Assembly (NCBI RefSeq): GCF_036321535.1
Contig: NC_087437.1
Location: 99,388,001-99,452,000, forward strand
Origin: Camelus dromedarius
Taxonomy: Eukaryota
Length of the DNA stretch: 64,000 bases
Direction: 5' to 3'
Below the pieces are notes generated by a model. It had not been told where the DNA came from, searched no databases, and saw nothing but the letters and a program-made list of their open reading frames with translations. Positions within the stretch are counted from its first letter, which is position 1, and each line of letters starts with the position of its first letter. A program made the translations under genes and the position numbers. Positions 13,723-27,700 of this stretch are shown in pieces.

Positions 13723-14264
13723 CTATAACACGAATAAATGCTTCATATTAAAAGGCATTTTGGAAAAGTTCTTGGTCAGATTGGCTGAAAGTATTGTAAT
13801 CAAAATGAAAGATTTCCTTGAACAAAAATATCATATGCTGAGAGAGAAAAAAAGATTTTGGCTTGTCACTTCCTTCTTGTTAAAGAGTCTTTGCCCTTCA
13901 TTTTATAAAAATCCCACTATTTCTTAAGACTCATGGTCTTAAGAAATCATGTGAAAGAAACCTGTAAAAGTAGGTGTAGAAGTCATTATGCTTTAAATAG
14001 AGTGAAATAATTTTTCTTTAAAGTAATTGTCCATCCTTATCAGATTCCCAAACTTTATGTCAAAGAAAATACAGAGAAATTATCATCATTACCATCACTA
14101 CCACCACCACCAGCACATACAGACACATAACAAAAACTTGCACACAAAAGCAGAAAGTGGGGAGAAACCAAAAGAAAATGACTGAATAACCAGGATCTTG
14201 ATACAGGAAAGCAAGGAGTTTGAATTGATAATGCTCATTTTTCTGCTCCATTAGGTTTATGAAA

Positions 14265-14420
14265 AGATGGGCTTTGAGGTTAGGAACAACGGATGAATAT
14301 CCCATCTCTACCTCTTACTTACAGTGTGATGTCTGACAACACATTTAACCACTGTAGTCCTCACTTTTCACAGCTTCCAAATATGGAAAAAAATTATAGC
14401 TCTCTCGTGATCTGAGGCAA
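14265..14420 (+). mobile_element. MIR SINE fragment
   Basis: gggctttgaggttagg...gaatatcccatctctacctcttacttacagtgtgat...cctcacttttc...aatatgg. Confidence 0.65.
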
Positions 14421-14997
14421 AAGTCTTATCATGTCTTATATCTGTTTTCCTGGAGGTAAATAATTTACCAAGCACACAATATGCATGTAAGAAACAACAG
14501 TTAAAAACTGATAAATACTATGTATCACACAACCGATAGATCCCAGAATAGCATAGATGCTCAATATTAGATGGGATTATTTTGGTAATGATATTTATGT
14601 TTCCACTTGCTAAATTATTCTTAATAGGTTTGGCATCATTTATACTACTGTTTCTGTGAAATGGATGTGTTCTTTTCTTCCTTAAATTCAATTTCAACTG
14701 ATTATCTTATATTTATATTGTTGTATTTCATATATGCTATTTCATTAAACCATAAACTGTTATACACAATACATATGCTACCCACATTTTAGCAAATTTC
14801 ACATTTTTGCAAAGATGATGGAACTTTGTCTTTGTCATCTATAAGTCATGCATTTTCCCTCCCATGATCTAAAGATTTTACCTTAATTTTGGCTAAATAA
14901 AATTTTTAGAATCCTCTATATTTAGAGCTTACTTTTTAATTGTAGTTGTGAGAATTAAGTGTAGGACAGTATTTTTTGCTAAACGTAATATCAAATA

Positions 14998-15470
14998 CAG
15001 GCATACCTCATTTTATTGTGCTTCAAAGATAACTGCATTTTTTACAAATTGAAAGTTTTTGGCAACCCTGCATAGAGAAGTTCTATCGGCACTGTTTTTG
15101 CAACAGCATTTTCTCACTTCATGTCTCCATCTCCCATTTTGATAATTCTTGCAATATTCCAAAATTTTTATTATTTTATTTGGTTTGGTGATCTGTGATC
15201 AGTGAATTTTGATCTTACCGTTGCAAAAAAGATTATGACTTGCTGAAGGCTCAGAGGGTGCTGAGCATTTTTTAGCAATGAAGTATTTTTAAATTAAGGT
15301 ATGTTCATTGTTTTTTAGATATAATGCTATTGCACACTTAAGAGACTACAGTATAGGATAAACATAACTTTTATATGCACCAGGAAATCAAAAAAATTTC
15401 TTACTGGCTTTATTGCAGTATTGGCTTTATTGTAGTGGTCCGAACTGGTTCTGTCTCTGAGGTATGCCTC
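14998..15470 (+). mobile_element. Tigger1 internal-deletion derivative (Tigger1a_Art-like, Tc1/mariner MITE)
   Basis: Terminal inverted repeats caggcatacctc ... gaggtatgcctc, TA target duplications at 14996-14997 and 15471-15472; interior matches both Tigger1 ends; no transposase ORF. Confidence 0.9.
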
Positions 15471-16892
15471 TAGAGCTGCTTGGACTCTGCATTTGAGCCT
15501 CTTGTGACCTGATTCTCATTTATTCTTGATACAGTGCACAAGGTCCAAAGGCCTTGGGACTTCTCGGGGAGCAAGCCTCTCCAGAGTTAAATTAAGCTGA
15601 ATAAGCAACATGCATGTGGTTGAAATCTTCAATTGTTCACAAATTCAAAAATAAAGGAGCAGCATCCTTGGCAAATATGTATTGGGAACTCCCATATTAA
15701 AAATATTTCTAAAATAATTTGAGAGTATTTTTTTTAAACCAAGAAAAATATCCTTGTGAAAACTAGTTTTGAAGTTTTGGGGAAACCTTTGTGTTTTAAA
15801 TATGTCTTACCTGTTGTTTATTGGGTTTTGTCCAGCACGTAATTTTTGATGTTACTTATAGCTAAGCTAATAATTTAAATCTGTCTGTAGACACAGTTCC
15901 GAAAAGTGATCGATTCTTGAATAAAATCACCTTAGCAACATCAGTGTTATAATTCAGATAATACTTCCTTGTAGAACTATGACAAGGATGTGTGCTATGG
16001 AATGCTAAACAATTTTGAAATGTGCTTATACTGAGTAGGCATAGTTGGATGGTCCATCTTTAGCAGCTTCAATTTAGAAGAATCATACTTCATTTTTTCT
16101 TATAATATTTATATCATCTTATAATCAAATCAGCTCCTAGAATTTCATTTGAAATAACTCACTTCAATGTTATATACTGTAGAAGCATGAATATAAAATA
16201 GGATAAAATTTTATGTTTTGTTTGACATTATACATGTATTTCACATGTAACATATTTTCTTACTTAAATGAGAATAGAGGGCTATATTTAAATTAATAGC
16301 AAGGGTCCACTACACTTGTAAAATCTTCACTGTGACCTTTAGAGCAATGTATAGTAATAGAAAAGACAGAAATAAGGCTAAAAGTAGAATATCCTCTGTT
16401 GTATGGCTTCATGGAGTGCTTAAATGGCTTCAAAATATTCCACATAGAACCTGAAGACATGGTGTGTTTTCACAAATATGACTCAAATAATAATTTTTCA
16501 AATTTTTAAAAACATCTTTAACTTTCCTTAATCTTCCGTGTTTAAGCAAAGAGAAGCATATTATTTTGAACTACCATGTACATCATCAGAGCATCAGAGA
16601 TAACTTATTAGCATAGTCTTCTGTCTGAGCGATCTGTCTCTGAAAATCCTTAAGCATCATTCTATTGTCTGTTTATTTCATTGATAAATTAATCACATCT
16701 TAATTTGTCAGAAGTCTTTATTCTTCTTTAAACAGTTCTTTAATAAGTGAATTTATTTCACCAATTAAATTTTAATACATTTCAGGACAAACCTCATATT
16801 CTTGTATTTTATTATATCTATTATGATCAATCAAAATTTTCCTGTTTTGTTTAATTAGACTTTTTCATATGTACAGTGTCTATACACAATAT

Positions 16893-17116
16893 TAACAGCT
16901 AACATATATTGAATAGCTAACATTTTTCAAACACTCTTCTGGCAAATGTGTAGTAAATTATTTAATTCTCCCCCTAATCCTTTGAGATTACACCTATTTA
17001 TAGATGAAGAAATCAAGAAGGATTAGCAGTTTGCCCAAGGTCACACAGCTAATAAGTCGTCATGCCTTCTGTGAACCCCATAGTCTGGTCCCAGAGCCCC
17101 AGGATTTTAACTGCCC
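16893..17116 (-). mobile_element. MIR SINE
   Basis: attttatagatgaagaaatcaag...tttgcccaaggtcacacagctaataagt...gtctggtcccagagccc. Confidence 0.85.
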
Positions 17117-17507
17117 GTGACTTTCTAGATCCATTTTCCTGAATATGTGAGTCTCAACCAAAATCTGAACCTTCTTGAAAGAGTAGTACAGAGAGAATTG
17201 GGGGGGGGGGGGAGACTGAATGAAAGTAATAAAAGAGAGTGTGGCAGTTTCAAAAGTCGTCTAGTAATTTAGTATAAACTGCCTGAAGCCAGCATAAAAA
17301 CAATGTGTAGTAATACATACACCTCTCGTGATGTGACACCTGTCATTCTTAAAAGACCGTGTTATGGACAGAGTCCTCAGAAACATCTTAGCATCAGGAT
17401 GAGATATTGCTCTTTCTTATACTGAACTTTGAAGAAATTTTCATGCATTTATTAAAAAATCATTCTGTTAAGGTGATTCTAGGAAGGCATTAGGATTATG
17501 TGAATCC

Positions 17508-18311
17508 TAGGGAATGTAATTTGGTGTAGCCACTATGGAAAACAAAGTGGAGTTTCCTCAAAAAGTTAAAACTAGAACTACCGTATGATCCAGCAATCCC
17601 ACTTCTGGGTATACATCCAAAGAAAATGAAGATAGAATATCAAAGAGATGTCTGCCCTCCTATATTTATTGCATCATTATTCACAGTAGCCAAAATATGG
17701 AAAGAACCTGTATACATCTGCATATGAATAGATAAAGAAGATACGGCATATACATACAAAGGAATATCATTCAGCCATGAGAAGAAAAGCAATCCTGCCA
17801 TTTGAGACAACATGGATGAACCTGGAGGGCATTATGCTAAGTGAGATAAACAAGACAGAGAAAAGACAAATGCTGTGTAATATCACTTTTTTTATGGAAT
17901 CTAAAAAAAAGCCAGACTCATAGAAACAGAAAGTAGAAAAGTGGTTGCCAGGGGCTGTAGGGTTGGGGAAATAAAAAGAAGTTGGTAAAAAGGGTACACA
18001 CTTTCAGCTCTAATATGAATGAGGCTGAGGATCTAATGTAAAACTTGGTGACTATGGTAGATAACACTGTATTATATAATTGAAATTTGCTAAGAGAGTA
18101 GAGCTTAAACATTCTCATGAAAGGAAGGAAGAAAGAGGGAAAGAAGGAAATAGAGAAAAAGAGAAAAATATGAGACATGATGGGTTTGTTAATTAACTAT
18201 ATGGGGGAATCCTTTCAAAATTATATGTATGGCAAATTATCACAATATATACTTTAAATATCTTACTGTTTTGTATGTCAATTATACTCAACTAAAGCTA
18301 AAGTTTAAAAA
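17508..18311 (+). mobile_element. 5'-truncated L1 (L1MA-type, ORF2 end plus 3'UTR)
   Basis: ggaatgtaatttggtgtagccactatggaaaac...gaactaccgtatgatccagcaatcccacttctgggtata...catggatgaacctggagggcattatgctaagtgagata; 10-nt TSD atgtgaatcc at 17498-17507 and 18312-18321. Confidence 0.9.
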
Positions 18312-18439
18312 ATGTGAATCCAAATATAGACTTCTGGTACCTTCATTGAACTGAGAGAAATTTAGGCAGCCTAGAAAGTTGTTATGATGGTGATGATGAC
18401 CATAATCATGATGAGGACTTGTGCCATGTTACTGGCAGC

Positions 18440-18600
18440 ACCTACAGGTTACAACCTTTTGAAGTCAATGGTGTTATTCCTATTTTGCAGCTCAGAAAAC
18501 TGAGGCTTGAATGGGTCAAGTGACACATAAGGGCAAAGAACAAGTAGGTAGCTAAAGCTCATTTCTCTAAAAGCCATCCTCTTCCTCATCACACTATATA
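18440..18600 (-). mobile_element. MIR SINE fragment
   Basis: ttattcctattttgcagctcagaaaactgaggcttgaatgggtcaagtgac. Confidence 0.7.
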
Positions 18601-18914
18601 TTTTTTTTCACCCATAGCTGTTTTGAAGGAAAATGACTATAAACTTTCTACTCTAATACTTGAAAATGACTTTTTAAGACTTTATACTCTTTAGGTATGT
18701 AATCAGTGATGTTGCTCACAGACGGATTTACAAGGTACACAGCAGGTGGGTGATAAGCTTAATGTCTTATGACAGAAGCAGGGATACAGATTGAGATTCT
18801 CGTCCACTTCACCTAGCTCTGCAAGAAGGGAAAAGATGCAGGTAAAGCAGAACTATCCTTAGAATGCAGTTCTGGGTTTATTCCAATCTGTGATTGTTGT
18901 TGTTGGTTTTAGTA

Positions 18915-19340
18915 TGTATACTAATCTGCCTGCGCTACTGTAACAAAATACCACAGACTAGGTGGCTAAGCAGCAGACTTTTTTTTTTTTTTTTCATAGT
19001 TTTGAAGTCTGGAAGTCCATGATCAAAGTGATGGTAAGTCCGGTTTATGGTGAGAATGCTCTTCCGGGCTTGTAGACCTCTACTTTCTCCCTGTGTCCTT
19101 ACTTGGCCTTTCTTAAACATGCGTAAAAGGACAGAGAGGGAGAAAGAGAATGAGAGAGAGAGGAGGCACGTGTGCCCTCTCTGGTGTCTGTTCTTAAAAG
19201 GACACTAACCCCCCAGTGGATCAAGGCCCCACCTTTATAACCTCATTTGACTTTAACTACTTCCTTAGAGGCCCTATGTCCTAATACAGTTGCATTGGAG
19301 GCTAGGGCTTCAATGTGTGAATTTTGGAGGAACACAACAT
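18915..19340 (-). mobile_element. MaLR solo LTR (MLT1A/MLT1A0-like)
   Basis: gctactgtaacaaaataccacagactaggtggctaa...ctggaagtccatgatcaa...aaggacactaacccc...agggcttcaatgtgtgaattttggaggaacacaacat. Confidence 0.85.
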
Positions 19341-22300
19341 GGATGCCTCAACGTGTCTCTGGCTTGATCTGGAGGCTGTCTTGTTAAATCTCATATCGTG
19401 GAACCACGTTGATATCTATGTTCAGGATGTAAATACACATGTCCAGATTAGAGTTCTAAGTTTCTTCATCTTATTACCACCTCCAGGCTATTTCTTGGGA
19501 GCATGTTCTCTCTCTGGCTCACAGGGCTTTTGGGCAGAGCTGAAAGTACCATTGGCTGTCACCTTCCAAGCCTCAGAGTGACAAGCATGTTCAATGTTGC
19601 CTCTTCCTTTACCACATTAGAGTGCAAGTGGACCCCATAGAAGTCAATGAGACAAGTTCCTTAGAAAAAGAATGAAGATACCTACTCCAGAACTGCTTTC
19701 ATATTTTGAAAACACATATTTTGAAAAGCAAACTCTTAAAGGAAATTGACCAAACTGTTAATTCCTGCTTCTGGGAAAATACACATCACAATAGAAATTA
19801 AAGTTTGGTAATATAAATTCTGCACCAAAATATTATTATTCCTTTGGCAATTAATGGAAGTAGGTCAACACAATAAACGTTTGAGGTGATATAATTCAGT
19901 AACACACAGTTTTATGAATAAATCTTATTGAATTTCTCATGGCCCTGCTTAATTGTTGTACTCATTACTCTAAAGTTAGCTTATTGAGTAATTATTACAT
20001 AAAGACCAATATATATTTCAGATAATTCTCCACTTTCTAAAACAACTCTTTCGCAAATTTGCATAACTTTGCAAGTATTTATAATTCTTTAACATTTATT
20101 GAATTACTGACTTTATATATCTAAAGATTAATTTAGGTTAAGTATGTTGTGAAGAACAATTGGAATTTCTATGCTTCCAGAAATAGTATAGTATGTATTA
20201 ATTATAATAATGACTTAACATCAATGCTAAAGAATAATATTGAAATTTATTTTGCATTTGTAGTTCCATTGTGTCTTTAATGAATTTCTAAGGTCTCAAT
20301 ACCTAAAGAGATTTCCATGAGGCACTGGGAGGGATATTTAATATAAAACTAAATTTAATTTTATTTGAAAATTTTATTAAACTTCTGTGACAAGTTTTAT
20401 TTAAGAGAATTCTTTGAACTACTGATTTCTAGGTTTCACATACTAAAGTGATACCTATGGAGATAAAGCAAATGAATGTGCTATTTATGATAATGACTTT
20501 GTTTTAGATCAGTTGAGTGAGGTAATACATTTTTGTGACTTTGTTATGTGAGTGGTTAAGGAGTTTCCTATGTTCCTTTTACTTTGCTTATTTTTGAGAA
20601 GCTCTGTGTAGGGGTCTGTGTGTGTGTGTTTGTGTATTTTTATCTTCTCAAATATTACCTAATAGCATTTCTTGATATATGGTGATACAATTTTGCATTA
20701 TATTTCATCAAATAACATTTATTTGTGTATTCTTTAGGAATATTTGTTTTATATTCAACTTTTTTGATATATGTGGGTAAAGGAAAGAAAACTGTAAGAA
20801 AGATATCTTGGAACAATTTATGTGCAAAGAGTTTAGAAGTTAATATTGCTTTATTGACCAAAATAAAGTGAAGAAACAAAGACTTAATAGAGTCAAACTG
20901 TTAATTAGAGTGGAAAATACAACTTTTTATTCTGAAGTGAACCTGAGTGTGTTACAGCAATTTGAAAATATGAAGCACAAATTCTAGTGAAATGTTAAGC
21001 TTTTTTATTCCTTGTAAAATCATTATCAAGTTGAAATGAAAGTTAAGTGCATTTAAAGACTTTTCAAGCAGAAAATTATAGATTTTTCTTCAGGACCTAT
21101 GGGGTAAACTTAACTTTAAGTTTTTACATAAAATAGATATTTACTATTCATGATAAGGGTAAATAAAAATGAAGCACTTAGTTTTAAAAAAAAATAGACT
21201 GGAAAGAATGTAACACATTCACTCCTTAGGTTCTTAAGTCTTTTTTTGTTTTGTTTTGTTCTTTTGTTCTGTAATTGATTGCTAGCACCCCCTTTAACCC
21301 ACCTTAAAGGGCAAGCAGGAAATTCATGTTTTCGTTCATCAGCCCATCCCTCTGAAAAGCGTTCGATATTAAAACAGTTTGCAAGGAGCAAAAGCAGAGG
21401 AAACAAGAGGCCCAGCTAGCCTGTAGCAAGGTTAGAAGACACATGCAAGATTGCCTGCAACATACATCGAGTCTTGTTCCTGTCCAGTATTTGCATGGAG
21501 ATACCACGTTAATTAGGGTATGACTCTGTTCTTCGCTTTCTATGTGACCTTTTATTATATCTGTGGCTCTCTAGTTCATGTGGTGTCATAAAGCTACGGG
21601 AAAGTCTTTCTAGCTTTTTGACACTAACTGGAAAAAATTAAGCATTGATATTTCCTTTTGCCTCAAGGTTTTTACAGCAGCAAATTACTGCAGATGCAAA
21701 GTTGATGTTGTGGTAGATTTGCTGTGGGTGCCAGAATGTTTCTTTTGTCTTTTAGTTCCCCGCCTTCCCTGATGATCAGGTGCGACCAAGAGAGTTGTGC
21801 AGAGAGGTGGGGAGGAGGGGTGGTTCAGGAAGAGGTTACATGGCAGAATTCCCACGAATTCTGGCGAAGGATGAAAAAGATAAAGAAATCTTGTTTTTCT
21901 GAACTGGAGGATTCTCTGCATGACTTCCCCACTGTTGGGGTGATGAGCTTTCAGGCTGAGATTTTATTAACAATTCATATGGAGATTGAGGGCAGCGGAG
22001 GAGCAGATTCTCACATAAACTTGATCTGTCCATGAATGCTGTTCTCTGTTTGCCCTGACCCTGCATGGCTTAAGACACTGCCTGTGAGGCCAGTGTGCCA
22101 GACACAAAGAAAGAAATGAAAAGCCAGCACATTCCAGGAGTCTGCACAAAAGACCGAGCAGTTTCTAGTCGTCTCCCCAGAGAGGATCTTATCTCCGCGT
22201 GGCCTAAAACCTCTAAAATGTTTTTATTTGTGTACCTAAAGTTTTAAAATTGATGTGGCTGTTTAATAGGCAATAGTCTAAAGTGATGTTTTGTTAGGTT

Positions 22301-24731
22301 TTGAAGTTTTGTTTTCGGAACTTATTCAAACTAGAAAAATATCTGCAAGGGTGCATTTTCTCAAGTTTAGCTTTAGAAGTCACTGGCTTTGAATTGTTCT
22401 TACTTTGTTGAGTGGTAGGTACCTTACAAAATGAATCCTTTCCAGCTTTAAGAGAAGCCGGAACAACATTTTTAAAGCTTGGCTTGACTTCACGATGCCT
22501 TGTGACAGTCAAATTCCGAAACTTGGGGCAGAGTTAATGCATGAGATGAAACTGACACAGGGGCACAAGCACAGTGGTCCCCATGCTCATGAGCACAGAC
22601 AGCAGAGCTACAATGAAAAAAAAGAAGAAGCAAGTGGAGAGAAAAGTTTGAGACAAAAGTGCAAGGGAGATTGGGACTTCTAACACTGTAATATTTCTGC
22701 AATTATGGTAGTTCACTGTAGTAGCATTGTGACAGGATAATGACAAGCTATCACAAGAGATATCTCTGTAATTTAATATACTAGATTTTATTGTTTAACA
22801 AGTGCACATTCTGGAAGTATGATATATTAAGGTTTAGGGGATAGAAGTTTGATAAACATAATTAATTCTGTTGCTAAATTGCATATTTCCACAGTTGCTA
22901 GAAAATCAGAAAATCCAGATACACGGATTCTTGAATTTTGTGTGTGGGTTTAGCTGTTTAAGTTGTTTCAAACTTTTATGGTTCATGAATTAAATAAGCA
23001 GTTGAGGAATGCCGGCAAATGCTATTAATTATGATAGGTTTTGTTCCTTTCATTTTATAGTGGTTTTATTTCCATGAAATTAACTGTTGTACTTAGGCTA
23101 ATTATCAGTAATTGGTGACAAAATCACTTCATTGTTTTTCTATAGCGTGATACTAATTAGGATCTTTACAATATTGGCTCAGCCATGTTCTGTATTTTAC
23201 CTTCTAGATTGAACCACTGGTAGATAATATCAAGTGCAATTAAAAAAAAAATCTCTGAGGTAAAATGTTTCTATTAATAATTAAACAAGTCTTTTAAACA
23301 GCTTGTTGTAAACTAAGTTTAAAATATTGAAATTGAAGGAAGCTTTTATTATAGCTTTAGTTGGTTTCATGAAACATTAGTTGATTTTTCTGATTTGAAT
23401 TGAATCTTACTGGAATTGTCCTTACATTATCACAGTTAATATTTCAACTACTTAGCCACATGCATTTTTATTATTCTATTTGTGTCTGCAGCGTTGAAAT
23501 GAGCATTGTTAAAGAGCTTTGGTTAGGTGTCACAGAACTGGACTCATTGTCTTTCTTTTCATGCCTGATAGCTATATTGTAAAACATAGCATGTTATTTC
23601 TTCTTGTTTTTCTCATTAGTTTTTTCCGTTTTGTTGCCACAAAAGAATGCTATTTGAAGCAGTTGTATTTCAAAGGAAAGTGTATATGAATAGTTGAGAT
23701 GATAAGAGCATGTTTCATTTTTTAAATATAAAATAATGTGTTCCATGTAGGTGACAGGTATAAAGAGAGAACTTGAGAAGACACTCTATTTTGTGAAGTG
23801 AAGTTTAATGCTGATAAGAGAAAACAGTACAACACTATAGATCCCATTTAAACAATCATAGTCAATACTGCTTTGCTTATTTTTTTTCCCTTAAAAGAAT
23901 GCTTCTCATCCAATTCCCCTGTGAATTGGTAAGTCACGAAAGTTTTCTAATACTTTGAGGTTTAGCCTCCCTGCTTTACCTCCTTATTTTAAGATACCTT
24001 TACCAATCAAGTGCATTTTGCAGTTTAAAATGTGCTCGGTTTGTCTTAAATGCAACCAACATGGATAACTTAGAGCTTAGTGTTTCACAGCCCTGAAAAA
24101 AGTTTTTAAGAAGCGATTAGAAAAATAATTGCCTATTAAAAGTTGAAGATTGCTTTAAGCAGAGAGAGAAACCGAACACTGAAATTGAAAGCATTCATTG
24201 TTAGCACGACACATATGCACCAAATCTGAAATTAGAGAAAACTCATGAAATACGTATCTTGGCAAGGGGAATTGTTTAAATTTTCTAAAGCTGTCAGCCC
24301 ATTTTCTCTGGGTTTTTTTTTTTCCTGTTAAAGAAAAACTTCAAATGAAAAGCTTCACCTTTTGTACAAAGTTGAAATGTTTTATTATTGCAGGATTGTT
24401 CTACACTGTACAAAACCAGAACAATTCAATAGCTTCAGGGTTGGGGGGAGGGGGGCACAAATGAGAATCTTTCTATCATTTTAGAATGTCCATAGCAAAG
24501 TGCAAAAACTATAAAAATCTATGGTTGTTTCCTTGAAAAAAGAATCTTTTGATTTACAGCAGCTGTTTGAATACCCATTCAGGCTCTTTTGTAATGTGTT
24601 GTAATAAATGCACATCTCCTAAATGAAGAATACTCGTGAGGGGACAAAACTCAAACATAAACTATGTTTAGATGCTGTATTTCAATAGGTTTCCCCATAG
24701 GATTAAACAAAGGTTCTTTTTCTCTTCATTG

Positions 24732-24760
24732 CTTTCTTTCTTTATTTCTTTCTTTCTTTC

Positions 24761-24788
<28 letters not shown>
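24732..24788. repeat. (TTTC)n followed by a long poly-T tract
   Basis: Seen directly. Confidence 0.9.
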
Positions 24789-24791
<3 letters not shown>

Positions 24792-27700
24792 CTCTAGAAA
24801 ATAACTTCTCCAAAGTAAAATTCCATTTGTTCCTTTTTCACCTTATTGGTGGATATCCAATATATTCTCTTGTTTCTTATCAGTTTCAAATATACAGAAT
24901 GCGAAAAATAAACAAGGTTGAGGCTGACTTTTAGGTTTAAGATGAGAAAGTATTATAAAAGTTACTTCAAGTAGACAGTTTTTCTTTTTTATTCATCCTG
25001 CCTTATCATAGACTCTGGACAGTACGATGGGATAGGGTTTTTCTTTTTTCTTTCTTGAGTGTTCTTAGTGCACAAGGAAAACACAAGAGAGGAACTGAGA
25101 CTCTGATAATATTGTGAGCCACATCCATGGGCATTTGAATCCTATAGTTAAAAAAAAAGAAAAAGCAACTAATAAATCCAGTCTGCTTCTCACATAATCA
25201 TAGTTGACAACCACATAGACACCGCTGAGGCTAGCACGGGTTGCAGTCGGCCTCATTGACTGCTCTGGCCCCAGAAGTCTTTTATAATTGTAATCGGTTT
25301 CTTCATCACTCCAAGCTGTGCCAACACCCCTAATTAGCCATAGCCTCATTTTAAAAATTAAGAACAACCCGCATGCTATAACACCAACAACAGGAAGCAC
25401 CCTACAGCAATAACTGTGTTCTTTGTGTGAACTCACACTACGTACAGGTTGCAATCAGTTGCTAGCCTCTGGCCTATAAGTGCCATACATGGGGTTAATC
25501 AACTTCCCCAATGGCAGGTACCCACACATCAGCATGGCCAGGCCCCACTATGGTGCCACCAAATTCTGGTGGCGTTTGTTACATGTTACTGTTTTTTTCA
25601 GTGATGTGCTTGTTCATATCAGAAATAGCCTTACTGTCTTACTGCTCCATGTACAATCCACCAACTAAAGCAAACAGCAGTAGATGAAATTAGATGATCA
25701 GGGGGTAGAATCTTTTTCACTTCAAGTTAGTTTTAGTTTATGTTGCTCAAATAAGTTCCATATTCCATGAAATTTGTATTTTTCCCAGGGTTACACTCCT
25801 GAAGCCCTTGGGAAAGTGGGCCACTACTACATTAAAAACATAACCCATAATAAAACATTGTGATGTCTTGAGGCCCTTTAAATTTTACTTGGTTTAGAAT
25901 GTAGGGAGTAACAGTTTTCTGCCTTGCAGTATGTGCATTCATGTCTAAAGACATACACACTTCTTCCTATAATATCCACCTTTCCTGGGGCCTTACTCTG
26001 GGCACAATCTGTAACTTGGGGAAAATTTACAGGACATTAAATACAGGCCTCAACAAGTGAAAGGTGGATAAACTAGGTTCATTAATGCATGCTGTGTCTT
26101 ACCTGGGCAGGTAGCCACCAACTCCTGCTCCAGGTGCCTAATGTCTGCAGATGAAACAAAATTATGTATGTTTTGCCCTTTGTTCCATTTGACCCCTTGT
26201 TTTCATTTGCGAATCATGATTGAATTGCAAACTCATTTGCTCTAGATTCCAGGAGTAACTTACAACTAAGGACTATTTTGCAAATTATGTATCCATCTAC
26301 CAGCTAAGAAAATAACTTTCTCTTCTTTTTAACAGCAAGATGGGCTACTTAAGATTTTATCTCCAAGAATGAGCATAGACAAAAAAATCAAGCCCTAAAC
26401 CATGCTCTGGGTGTATCTTCTAATTCTCTCTTTTAATTACTTGGGATGAGATGTGACACGTACGTTTTGTCATATTATTCAATGTATCATTTTTGAAAAT
26501 AAAATAAAAATTATAAACAGTTTAGGCACTAATGTGTGCTATATCCTTGCATTATTAAAATATAAAAAAGTAAAATTGTATAGAGTATCTCTGGAGGTGT
26601 ACATATCTTTCATAATGTGGCACATGACCACAGAAAGAAGCTGTAGGAAGACAGAGCAGTCATCTCTAACTAATTAAGTTGCAAAATGGTACAGAGAAAA
26701 TTTACTGGAATGAAGAAAATAATCTGCCGTTTTTGAAACTACATTAAAAACTTTATTTTTTAATACAGACTTTTGTTCTGGGGATAGCTTCTAACAAGCT
26801 CAAGATGTGGAATATTAAATGAATTATTACAACATACAGCCCAGCGTTTGGCCACGTTGTAAACTGTCAAAGGTATAAAAACACCCAAGCAGGCCATGTG
26901 ATTTTAGTTAACACACAGAGTGAAGTGAATGTAGGCAATTCTCCACCTTCTTGATTTTTACATGTGCAGTTTTGCTCTTTGGTTTACTTCTTTCTTCCTC
27001 TGATCGATTCCCAGGCAAAGGCAGAGCTCTTCAGGAGAAGGCTGAGATTATAACAATGTCAGCCTTTGCTTTTAGCAGAGTGATGAGGTTATCAATAATG
27101 CATTGGAAATCTCAGGAACCCTGTATACACGGACATCACAGTTGCCCGGCATTCATCGTAGGACTTGCAGATTGGAGCTGAGATGTCACCACATCTGCTT
27201 TTGAGCCAGCCATTGATGCATTCTCAAGAAATCTTGGGGGCATAGGGAGAGCCGTAGAGATTATCTAACTGAAACATTGCATTTGAGGAGGTAATTCAGG
27301 GGTGAGAATACATCTATGAAATTGCTTTTTTAAAGAAGCCTATTCAATACTCCTCTAATAACCTTTTGTCTCCCCAGCTCCCTTCTAACATTTATAAGTT
27401 TTGTTGTTTCTCTGACAAGTTTATTCACATCCTAACAGCTTGCCTGGCAGCAGGGTTCATGTTCTGTACTTGGGTTTTCTGGTCACGGTGGTGGCTGAGA
27501 GTAATAGAGAGGAGGAATAAGAGAGTGTGGAAATGCAAAGCTGTCTCTTGTTACATTTTATCGATCTCATTCTAGTGTCATTCAATTAAGACAGAAATGT
27601 GATGGATAGTCTCTGCGCAAATTCCTGGGTTGCTCTCCATCCATTGCAGATAAAGCTTTTGTGTTTTAGTTTTGGGTTGGTGAGGGGTGGGGAAAGGGCC

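Noticed and set aside
17918..18178. 86-aa hydrophobic ORF
   Set aside because: Antisense reading of an L1 3'UTR.
21685..22746. Cluster of overlapping 60-103-aa ORFs on both strands
   Set aside because: Explained by locally higher GC (fewer stops); no consistent frame or recognisable protein.
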